16,227 bases of DNA, taken from Thermoplasmatota archaeon (GTDB lineage: Archaea > Thermoplasmatota > E2 > JACPAO01 > JAHFTW01). The notes beneath the pieces are model-generated. The model saw nothing but the letters and a program-made list of their open reading frames with translations. It was not told the DNA's origin and searched no databases. The position numbers and the translations under genes are program-made. The DNA lies in the NCBI GenBank assembly GCA_041601615.1, contig JBFIHX010000021.1:1-16227 (forward strand). Direction: 5' to 3'. How positions within the stretch are numbered: the first letter of the stretch is position 1; every line of letters starts with the position of its first letter. Shown piece after piece: positions 1 to 6,832 of the stretch.

Positions 1-114
1 ACAAGCGCATCGCGTTGGAATCGACACCGTAACCGATTGTGTCGAGCAAATCTACAACGCCGATGGTGGAAAAGTCAGCCGCGCTGGGGGTTAGCCGAGT
101 ATACAGGGTCCGCC

Positions 115-178
115 ATCTAACAAATCGCTCAACGCGACCTCTCTCTTCGTTCGAGGCGCGTTAGCTCAACCGTTCGCA
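115..178 (+). repeat. attC: attC site 1 (64 bp)
   Basis: R'' ATCTAAC 115-121. Stem GCT[C]AACGCG[A]CCTC...GAGG-CGCGTT-AGC with two extrahelical bases (G and T on the bottom strand). R' GTTCGCA 172-178. Confidence 0.93.
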
Positions 179-263
179 CGCCGCGGCTGAGGCCCGGGGA
201 ACCCCGGGCGGCGACAACGCGCATAATGCGAACTGCAATGCATGTGAAGGATAGTCCCGGAGC

Positions 264-812
264 ATGAGTTCCAACCACGAAAGCGACGAAGTGCGTGGCC
301 CGCCAGTAACGTCTTGGCGTGACCTTCGGCGCGAGTACATCGAAAGTGCAGAGGATTCCCGTCGCTGGCTGGTTGCCTCCATGCTCACTATCACAGCAGG
401 CTCGCTAGCATTGCTCTTTGCCGCAGGGTATCCCACTGATTATCGTGGCATCGAATACGTGACGGCAGGCTCACTGCTTGCTGCGTCGCTGGTGTCCGGG
501 GTCGGCTCTGTGCTAGCACAATTTGTCAGTGCCTCAAAGAGAGCCCAGCAGATCGGTCATGCGATTGCGATGGAGGAAGGATACTCGCTCTACGACGTGA
601 TGCTGAAAGCAAATGACCGGGCGCCACCAGAACGCAAGAAGGAGACATACGAGGCATCTGAAAGGCAGAAGGAAAAAGCAGACAACGAATCCACCTTGAT
701 GTCAAAGTCCGGATTGCAGGCGTTCAAGTGGGGGCGATATGCATCGCCTCTCGCCGTAGCGCAGACTCTGACGTGGCTTGTGGGCTTCTTCTTCCTGCTC
801 TGGGCGTTGTAA
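264..812 (+). CDS. Hypothetical membrane protein, 182 aa, about 3 TM helices (cassette 1)
   Basis: The only long ORF between attC1 and attC2, in cassette orientation. Hydrophobic segments WLVASMLTITAGSLALLFAAG, VTAGSLLAASLVSGVGSVLAQF and LAVAQTLTWLVGFFFLLWAL, with a charged helical loop. Confidence 0.8.
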   Translation: MSSNHESDEVRGPPVTSWRDLRREYIESAEDSRRWLVASMLTITAGSLALLFAAGYPTDYRGIEYVTAGSLLAASLVSGVGSVLAQFVSASKRAQQIGHAIAMEEGYSLYDVMLKANDRAPPERKKETYEASERQKEKADNESTLMSKSGLQAFKWGRYASPLAVAQTLTWLVGFFFLLWAL

Positions 813-852
813 AACGTCCGAGCCGTCAAGTTTGGCATTGGTCGCCACGGCT

Positions 853-934
853 TGCGAACAAATCACTCGACCCGACCGCTCGCTGCGCTCGCCATGCTCG
901 CTTCGCGAGCGACGGGTCAGTTCAGTCGTTAGCG
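853..934 (+). repeat. attC: attC site 2 (82 bp)
   Basis: R'' TGCGAAC 853-859, the reverse complement of attC1 R' GTTCGCA. Stem ACT[C]GACCCG...CGCTCGC...GCGAGCG..CGGGTC-AGT. R' GTTAGCG 928-934. Confidence 0.93.
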
Positions 935-979
935 CGCTCCGATTTCCGAGGCAGCGAACCTTCACTGTTCTCGTACCCA

Positions 980-985
980 TTTAAG
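980..985 (+). promoter_or_regulatory. Putative archaeal TATA-like box for a leaderless transcript of the RiPP operon
   Basis: TTTAAG begins 29 nt upstream of the ATG at 1009, in otherwise GC-rich sequence. No clear SD sequence before the ATG. Confidence 0.4.
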
Positions 986-1008
986 CCGCCGCGCAACATG
1001 CAAGGCCG

Positions 1009-1281
1009 ATGACACGACATTGGCTCTTGGGTCAGGCACAAGAACTGCCCGCGGAGGCAATCCTTTCGCGAAGAAAGGGCTACGCCACGAAAACGAATGC
1101 CGCACCGGGCGACGACGATGACGTGGATTTTCTCGGCTCTGCATACCACACCAAGTCAAAAGCCGCGCCAGGTGACGACGACGATCTTGATTTTCAACAT
1201 GAAAGGCCACGAAAAAGGGCAATGCTCACGAAAACGGAAGGCTCGCCCGGCGACGATGATGACATTGATTCGAGTTTTTAG
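1009..1281 (+). CDS. Putative graspetide (ATP-grasp-modified RiPP) precursor, 90 aa, leader plus 3 cores
   Basis: Three repeats: TKTNAAPGDDDDVD, TKSKAAPGDDDDLD and TKTEGSPGDDDDID. Thr/Lys/Ser nucleophiles are followed by Asp acceptors. Lies immediately upstream of an ATP-grasp ligase. Confidence 0.85.
   Translation: MTRHWLLGQAQELPAEAILSRRKGYATKTNAAPGDDDDVDFLGSAYHTKSKAAPGDDDDLDFQHERPRKRAMLTKTEGSPGDDDDIDSSF
1087..1269 (+). repeat. Three coding repeats (core peptides) at 1087-1128, 1150-1191 and 1228-1269
   Basis: The amino-acid motif is conserved while codons vary synonymously (ccg ggc / cca ggt / ccc ggc; different gac/gat patterns). Confidence 0.9.
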
Positions 1282-1292
1282 GGGCTGATTCG

Positions 1293-2207
1293 TTGGCACT
1301 CGCTGCGATTTGGTCGAACTCAGACGATCCAACTGTTGGCTTGCTTAGCTCCGCATTGGAGGCGGAGGGTCACGAGGCTCTGCGCATTGTCACGGGACCC
1401 CAGACAGTTGACGAAATCGGCTTCTCTTTGGAGAATGACGGAAAATTGGAACTCGAGGTGGCAGGCCGGGCCGTTGAATCTCTCAACACCGTCTTTTACC
1501 GCAAGCCGGTCCCGCCCGGCTTTGATTATGAGGAAAGCCATGCAAGATTCCTTGCCCGCGAGGCGATGCAGGGATTGGAATCCGTTCTTTCCCTAACACC
1601 GGCAAAATGGGTTAACCACCCTAAGGCCAATCGCGCTGCGGCCGACAAGCTCGGGAACCTTGTTCTGGCTCATCGGCTGGGCCTGCACGTTCCCCAAAGT
1701 TGGGCCGGCACCAAGACGCCGGGCCGTTCTGTGGGGAAACGGATTGGAAAACCGGTTACTCATGGACTGATGACTCGTTCGGATGGTGCGGCAATGGTAT
1801 TCGCCAGCCGCCTACCCGAAGGTTTTGACCCGATGCGAAGGACGGAACCAGGCGTCCCAATGCTCATTCAGGAGGAAGTGCACGCCGACGCAGATGTTCG
1901 TGCCACAGTCGTTGGAGCGCAAGTTCTCGTGGCGGAGCGACCCCGGACTCCGTCTGAATTGGATTGGCGGTCGAGCACCGCAGGCGCCGACTGGACAATG
2001 GCTGATTTGCCCGACAACATGGCAGCCAAGCTCCGCGCCCTGGTGTCTAGTCGCGGCCTATCCTTTGGAGCGTGCGACCTCCTACGGACTGGAAACGACT
2101 ACACATTCTTGGAAATGAACCCTAATGGCCAGTGGGGCTGGCTCGAAATTGAGGCCGGCCTACAGATCTCAAAGGCCCTGGCCGGACTCGTGGTGGAGCA
2201 CAAATGA
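1293..2207 (+). CDS. ATP-grasp peptide ligase, graspetide synthetase (MvdC/MvdD/RimK-like), 304 aa
   Basis: Motifs WVNHP...ADKL..L..A..LGLHVP, GKPV, PMLIQEEV...DVRATVVG, LDWR, LSFGACDLL and FLEMNPNGQWGWLE are typical of RiPP ATP-grasp ligases. TTG start 11 nt after the precursor stop. Confidence 0.92.
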   Translation: MALAAIWSNSDDPTVGLLSSALEAEGHEALRIVTGPQTVDEIGFSLENDGKLELEVAGRAVESLNTVFYRKPVPPGFDYEESHARFLAREAMQGLESVLSLTPAKWVNHPKANRAAADKLGNLVLAHRLGLHVPQSWAGTKTPGRSVGKRIGKPVTHGLMTRSDGAAMVFASRLPEGFDPMRRTEPGVPMLIQEEVHADADVRATVVGAQVLVAERPRTPSELDWRSSTAGADWTMADLPDNMAAKLRALVSSRGLSFGACDLLRTGNDYTFLEMNPNGQWGWLEIEAGLQISKALAGLVVEHK

Positions 2208-2890
2208 AGCGCGGGGATCTCTTCCGATCAGAAGCGACAGGCCTGGCACTGGAAGATGGATTCATTGCCGCGATACAGGAGTCGGATGCATCCACGCACG
2301 AACCCAAGCACATGTTCGGGCGGGACATGTGGGAAGCGGAAGCGGAACGGGAGCGGACTCTCCGCGCGAAGGGTGAGCGGCTCCTTGCCCTCCCCACCAT
2401 AATACTCACCACGCTCCTAAGTGGTGGCATTGTTGCGCTCGCCAACTCGTGGTTCCCGACGCCGTGGGCCCATGCAATGATGTGGACAACATTGGTTCTT
2501 GTCATGTCCTGTGGCCTCACTGCGCTATGGTTTGGCTACAAGGTTCTCAGTGTGCGTCTTGGGCAGAGCATCCACCCTGGTCTGGCATTGGAGAAGCATG
2601 ATGCAGGCACAACTTGGCATGCGCATGCGGCAGCCCATTACTTGGCCCAGTACAAGGCGAATCTAACGCGGTTGACATCACTTGCATTCCATGTCCGTCT
2701 GATAAAAGAGTGGACACTTGCGACCGTAGTAGCAGGGCTATTGGGGGCATTGGCAGCCGCCCTCGCGTGGCTGATTGAGACGGATAACTCACTTTCTCGC
2801 ACCGATACTGTGGCGGCCTTGGGAGGTGCCTTGGCATGGATTGTCCTATTTTGGCGGCTTGTCAAAAGGCCAAAAGATCACTCGCCCTAA
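2204..2890 (+). CDS. Multi-pass membrane protein, 228 aa, about 4 TM; topology reminiscent of Pycsar/SLATT-type TM effectors
   Basis: ATGA overlap with the ATP-grasp stop codon. A charged helix (EAEAERERTLRAKGERLL) leads into two TMs, a soluble loop and two more TMs. Confidence 0.8.
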   Translation: MKRGDLFRSEATGLALEDGFIAAIQESDASTHEPKHMFGRDMWEAEAERERTLRAKGERLLALPTIILTTLLSGGIVALANSWFPTPWAHAMMWTTLVLVMSCGLTALWFGYKVLSVRLGQSIHPGLALEKHDAGTTWHAHAAAHYLAQYKANLTRLTSLAFHVRLIKEWTLATVVAGLLGALAAALAWLIETDNSLSRTDTVAALGGALAWIVLFWRLVKRPKDHSP

Positions 2891-2931
2891 TCCTGTACGG
2901 GGCCCGGGACGGGCCATTGTGCATCTAAGCG

Positions 2932-2991
2932 CGCTAACAAATCGCTCAACGCGACCTCGCTGCGCTCGGCGCGTTAGCTCAACCGTTAGCA
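2932..2991 (+). repeat. attC: attC site 3 (60 bp)
   Basis: R'' CGCTAAC 2932-2938; AGCGCGCTAAC is the reverse complement of 928-938. Stem GCT[C]AACGCG[A]CC...GG-CGCGTT-AGC. R' GTTAGCA 2985-2991. Confidence 0.95.
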
Positions 2992-3064
2992 AGCGCCAGG
3001 ATTCTCCGTCAGCCGATGAATGCGTCCCAACGTTTAGCAACCATCTGGACATGTGGGGGCTACG

Positions 3065-3580
3065 ATGCAAGAAGATACCTATCTGTACAGGGGCATCCGG
3101 ATAAACCAATACGAGTCCGGCGATTGGCTGCCTATTAATACGACGCAAGTAGGTGCTGAAATGATATATGGTGTGGCCAGATATGGCATGCACCTTTACG
3201 GCGAAACGAGAAAAAATGCGGACCTAGATCATCACATGGCAGTTGCCAAGAGCCAAGAGGACCGATCAAAGATTCGGAGGCGCGTTTCTACTTCGCGAAA
3301 CCGAGACGTGGCGGTGGGCTTCGCAACCGATGGTGGTAAGCGCGAAGGAGTTGTGCTCACCTTGTCCACCCAAGCATGCAAGAAGGAAGGCCTAACGCTC
3401 CAGGATTCCAACGAGCAAATGGGCGAAATGGGGCCGACACTAGGCTTCCCTGAACAGGAGGAAATTCTCATCGATAATGAAGGCAAGGAGATTCCCCTCA
3501 CTGTAGTTGTCAAAGCCGAAATAATCGCCAAAAATGGTAATACAATTAAGATTATCGATAATCCGCACATTACGATGTGA
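3065..3580 (+). CDS. Putative ADP-ribosyltransferase of the R-S-E clade, about 171 aa (cassette 3)
   Basis: LYRG, VSTS..VA.GFA and PEQEEIL occur in the order of the R-S-E triad of cholera/pertussis-toxin-like ARTs. ATG 3065 is preferred over GTG 3053. Confidence 0.75.
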   Translation: MQEDTYLYRGIRINQYESGDWLPINTTQVGAEMIYGVARYGMHLYGETRKNADLDHHMAVAKSQEDRSKIRRRVSTSRNRDVAVGFATDGGKREGVVLTLSTQACKKEGLTLQDSNEQMGEMGPTLGFPEQEEILIDNEGKEIPLTVVVKAEIIAKNGNTIKIIDNPHITM

Positions 3581-3614
3581 TTATCTGCTAATAGGGGGGC
3601 TATTTACCGACGCT

Positions 3615-3678
3615 TGCTAACAAATCACTCAACCCGACCTCTCCCTTCGGTCGAGGCGGGTCAGTTCAGTCGTTAGGT
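3615..3678 (+). repeat. attC: attC site 4 (64 bp)
   Basis: R'' TGCTAAC 3615-3621; CGCTTGCTAAC is the reverse complement of 2985-2995. Stem ACT[C]AACCCG[A]CCTC...GAGG-CGGGTC-AGT. R' GTTAGGT 3672-3678. Confidence 0.95.
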
Positions 3679-4387
3679 GGCCAAGGCTAAGGACGCCACT
3701 CGTGATGCAGGATACCCCATGGTCGAAGTAGATTGGAGCGCAGGCATCGTGGTCCGAGAGGGGGTCCGATTTCCGATGGACCACCACGAATACTGGATTG
3801 CCGTGCCGTCACGTTCGGATTGGCAGGTGGGTGATGGCCCCGTCGGGCCGCTGGATTTTGGCTTCATGCTGCACAACGCGCGCATCGGGGAAGGCGTCCT
3901 GCCTCCGCTCGCCAAGTTATCAGAGCATTTCGAATCTCGTTCGCTGAAGGGTGAAGGAGCACTCCAGGCGGAGCAACTGCTAGAAGCGCGGCGCAAGGCA
4001 AACTACCCTGACAAACCTTCGCGAGTCAGTAGCTACTATCTAAATTCGCATCGCGATGTGGCCGAAGACCGAGTCGCGGCCTGGGCATGGCAGGACAGGC
4101 GAATCGTTAGATGCCACCTATTGACAACGACAGGTACCTTGCACGGTGCTCTCGTTTCCAACTTCGAAGCACTCGTTGCTGACCCGACTTCGGAACCGTT
4201 GGCGGACAGGTACTGGTCGGAGGTCGTCAACGAAATCACAGAGGCCAATCGGCACGATGTCGAGATACTGGCGGATTGCGGGCTCTACTTCCCCGATTGG
4301 GAGTCGTTCGAACTCATCGACAGGCAAAGCCTGATTGATGCTCAGGCTGTCTACGGTTCATCGTGGAAGCAACTCGGGCGGACCTGA
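3677..4387 (+). CDS. DUF2441-like protein (predicted ART-fold family), up to 236 aa (cassette 4)
   Basis: EQLLEARRKANYPDKPSRVSS matches the E..LE..R...YP..PSR.S signature, followed by A.RYW and VEIL. Start uncertain: GTG 3677 overlaps the attC4 R' box, and ATG 3719 is an alternative. Confidence 0.7.
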   Translation: MAKAKDATRDAGYPMVEVDWSAGIVVREGVRFPMDHHEYWIAVPSRSDWQVGDGPVGPLDFGFMLHNARIGEGVLPPLAKLSEHFESRSLKGEGALQAEQLLEARRKANYPDKPSRVSSYYLNSHRDVAEDRVAAWAWQDRRIVRCHLLTTTGTLHGALVSNFEALVADPTSEPLADRYWSEVVNEITEANRHDVEILADCGLYFPDWESFELIDRQSLIDAQAVYGSSWKQLGRT

Positions 4388-4427
4388 CCATGTGCGATCC
4401 TCAGTAGCATTGCGTCTACCGGGGGCC

Positions 4428-4491
4428 ACCTAACAAGTCACTCGACCCGACTCCTCCCGGCGGTCGGATCGGGTCAGTTCGGCCGTTCGGC
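4428..4491 (+). repeat. attC: attC site 5 (64 bp)
   Basis: R'' ACCTAAC 4428-4434; GGCCACCTAAC is the reverse complement of 3672-3682. Stem ACT[C]GACCCGA...TCGGGTC-AGT. R' GTTCGGC 4485-4491. Confidence 0.92.
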
Positions 4492-4586
4492 GGCTATTTG
4501 CCGGTTGTAAAGGACCTTGCTCCGAACACAGTTTGAACCCGGAGTGACAAAAACATGCGTTGCATGCGACCTACTTCCGTCAAGCT

Positions 4587-5252
4587 CTAGCCGGACCGCC
4601 CATTGAGTCGGGCCATAATGGCCTTGAGACTCGCCAAGTAGGAGTGCGTTGCCGAGAATTCATCGACCACGGCACGAACATCGCCCCCGCTGAGTGTCTT
4701 TTGGCGAGAAATGTTGATTACGTTCGCAAGAGCCGCCTCCACCCCCATAAGGCACGATGTAACCTGAGCCTTATCTTCTGACTTTAGGTGGTTTTCAACG
4801 AAACTTGTTTCCTCCGCAATGCGTGCCATATCCTTGCGCATGGCCTGAGCAAACTCGTGAAGGTTTGCCGAGTTCGGTCTTATCTCCAACGCAAAACGTA
4901 CTACAGCTACCGCCAATGAGGTTCCGTCCTCAAGTTCAGCAATCGCCCGAGCGGCAATTCCTTTGTCGGACGAAGCTCCGTGTATGAAGTTCTCAATGAA
5001 CTTCTGACCTTGTGAACACGCCTTGGCAATTACGCCAACAGGAAACGCGATTGCTGAATTAAGAATTCGACTATTGGAAAGGCGCCCTTGAATTAGCGCG
5101 CCGATTCCACTGAGGGATGCTCCCAATAGGAAGAAGCCGAAGGCAAAAAGATAGTCGACGAAGCCCAATCCAGAGCCTGCCCACCAGACTAGCCCCACCC
5201 CGCCAAGCCCAGTCGCGACTGCGGCTGCCCACATAGCGAGGCTGTGACCCAA
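4587..5252 (-). CDS. Hypothetical protein with 2 N-terminal TM helices and a helical soluble domain (cassette 5)
   Basis: 221-aa ORF with a hydrophobic N-terminus (AAAVATGLGGVGLVWWAG; YLFAFGFFLLGASLSGIGALI). Start is TTG 5252 or ATG 5234. Confidence 0.65.
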   Translation of the reverse strand: MGHSLAMWAAAVATGLGGVGLVWWAGSGLGFVDYLFAFGFFLLGASLSGIGALIQGRLSNSRILNSAIAFPVGVIAKACSQGQKFIENFIHGASSDKGIAARAIAELEDGTSLAVAVVRFALEIRPNSANLHEFAQAMRKDMARIAEETSFVENHLKSEDKAQVTSCLMGVEAALANVINISRQKTLSGGDVRAVVDEFSATHSYLASLKAIMARLNGRSG

Positions 5253-6350
5253 GTAGCCAAGGAGCCGCTAGCCACCATTTATCCATTGGCATGCGCTCCA
5301 ACCTATGTGGGCACGACCTCTGTCGATTGGATCCACGCAATTCAACTCGCCGACCAAGCGCATCCCGGACGCTTGGTTCAGCTCCAGGACACGGTGCATA
5401 GTGACCCAAGGCAAGGCAGTGCCTTGTTGCGCCGTCTGTTCCAGGCAGACCCTGTCAATCCTGTTCCCGTTGATTCAGTGCTGGACCTATTTAGTGCCCA
5501 GGTGAAAATCACTTTTCAGCAAGGCTTTGATTGGCTGATTGGAATTCCGAGAAAGGGAGCTGCACTCCTGCAGGAAGCCGGGCTGCGGGCTAATCTAGAG
5601 CCAAGTCGAATGACTTCGCTCGAGAACTTGCCACCGGACCTAAATGGGAAGGCAATCCTACTTGTCGATGACTCCATTCATCACGGACAAATGATGTCGC
5701 GAATTCTCGAGGACCTCAAGGATAGGGGGTGCGAGAGGATTACAGTTCTAGTATTACTCGCGACCCCGGAGGGATTGGAGTGGCTGCGAAAGAAATTCGG
5801 CGATTCCAATGTCCCCGTCACGTTCCAATGCCTACTTGCAGTACCGGATGCTTCGTTGAGCTTCCATTTTCAGAGATTCCTTGCGCCAGCGCTTTTCTCC
5901 CTTCAGACAGGGTTCCTGACAGACCGAGTCGGATTGAATCTTAAGGTAGAGGCCCATGAGACCACACCATCGGAAGTTATATCAAAAATCCTGCAAGTGT
6001 TGTGCTCTTTGGATATAATTGCCGAAATCATAGTCCCCTCCATAGGAAAAACCGTCACCAATGTACTTCCATGCACGGCAATACTTTCCTCCGAGATGGA
6101 GAATTGGATTGGCCGCCAGTTTCCAGATTCCGTAGATTTAGAAATATGCAAGCTAAGAATCTATATCGGTACGCCGGAACCAACATCCGTCAATATTTAT
6201 CCGATTCTGTATTTACGTGGTGGCCCAGGTATCAGAATCGAAGAATTGCAGGCGTTGGAAAAGCGGATTGCCGAACGCCTGGTGGCGCACATAGAACCGT
6301 CAATAAAAGAACAGCTAGCCAGACATTGCCTTTCCACATCTTCTCAGTAG
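5244..6350 (+). CDS. Phosphoribosyltransferase (type I PRTase)-like domain protein with a C-terminal extension (cassette 5)
   Basis: LIGIPRKG and the PRPP-binding-loop-like AILLVDDSIHHGQMM, followed by ITVLVLLA. The true start is probably downstream of 5244 (for example GTG 5394). Confidence 0.72.
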   Translation: MTQVAKEPLATIYPLACAPTYVGTTSVDWIHAIQLADQAHPGRLVQLQDTVHSDPRQGSALLRRLFQADPVNPVPVDSVLDLFSAQVKITFQQGFDWLIGIPRKGAALLQEAGLRANLEPSRMTSLENLPPDLNGKAILLVDDSIHHGQMMSRILEDLKDRGCERITVLVLLATPEGLEWLRKKFGDSNVPVTFQCLLAVPDASLSFHFQRFLAPALFSLQTGFLTDRVGLNLKVEAHETTPSEVISKILQVLCSLDIIAEIIVPSIGKTVTNVLPCTAILSSEMENWIGRQFPDSVDLEICKLRIYIGTPEPTSVNIYPILYLRGGPGIRIEELQALEKRIAERLVAHIEPSIKEQLARHCLSTSSQ

Positions 6351-6545
6351 AACATAGAATCTTAGACTAAGGAAACAAAGTAAAGGCAGCCCGTTTGCAG
6401 TCTGCCCTGTTGTAATCAAGAACTGTGGTGATTAGAAGGTAACCCGTTTCGAATCTGTCGATTTTTCCCTCTATCAATCCCGCGTCTCTGGGTTGGATGA
6501 AAGGCCACCCCAATCAGCCCCCGTGCAAAAACCCGGCGGATTGCC

Positions 6546-6603
6546 ACCGAACAAATCGCTCAAGCCGGCTCGCTGCGCTCGCGGCTTAGCTCAGTCGTTA
6601 TGC
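6546..6603 (+). repeat. attC: attC site 6 (58 bp)
   Basis: R'' ACCGAAC 6546-6552, 6/7 complementary to attC5 R' GTTCGGC. Stem GCT[C]AAGCCG...CGGCTT-AGC. R' GTTATGC 6597-6603. Confidence 0.93.
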
Positions 6604-6630
6604 GGTTCCCTTGCCGGCCGGATTCCCCAG

Positions 6631-6658
6631 GAACCTGTGAACCTGCTCCTTTCAAATA
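6631..6658 (+). promoter_or_regulatory. Putative promoter/operator of the RHH-hsdMSR operon
   Basis: Tandem GAACCTG at 6631-6637 and 6639-6645, followed by TATA-like TTTCAAATA at 6650-6658, about 30 nt before GTG 6680. Confidence 0.4.
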
Positions 6659-6679
6659 CTGGCAACCGGCTTTCGAGTT

Positions 6680-6832
6680 GTGGTCGACCGTACTGTTCCG
6701 TTGCGCCGCGTCACGATTGAGCTCGACGCGGAGATTCACAAGGCGTTCCGTCAGAAGGTCATCGAAGAGGACACCACCATGCAAGCCATCCTGGAAGGGC
6801 ACGTTCTGAGCTACGTCAAGGGGTGCAACTGA
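6680..6832 (+). CDS. Small ribbon-helix-helix (ParG/CopG-like) DNA-binding protein, 50 aa (43 aa from TTG 6701); absent from the ORF track
   Basis: (M)VDRTVPLRRVTIELDAEIHKAFRQKVIEEDTTMQAILEGHVLSYVKGCN: an alternating beta-strand (RVTIEL) followed by two helices. Its stop overlaps the hsdM start (TGATG at 6830-6834). Confidence 0.75.
   Translation: MVDRTVPLRRVTIELDAEIHKAFRQKVIEEDTTMQAILEGHVLSYVKGCN

Noticed and set aside
1-120. 3' end of the gene in the preceding cassette
   Set aside because: The three + frames stop at 32, 94 and 120. The fragment is too short to choose a frame or product.
2901-2915. GGCCCG-GGA-CGGGCC hairpin after the RiPP operon as a terminator
   Set aside because: Only a 6-bp stem with no clear T-tract, which is expected by chance in GC-rich DNA.
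6493-6809. ORF-track ORFs spanning attC6 (6493-6720, 6560-6802, 6600-6809), and similar ORFs over attC2 and attC3
   Set aside because: They cross recombination sites and lack protein-like features. The RHH frame 6680-6832 explains the region better.
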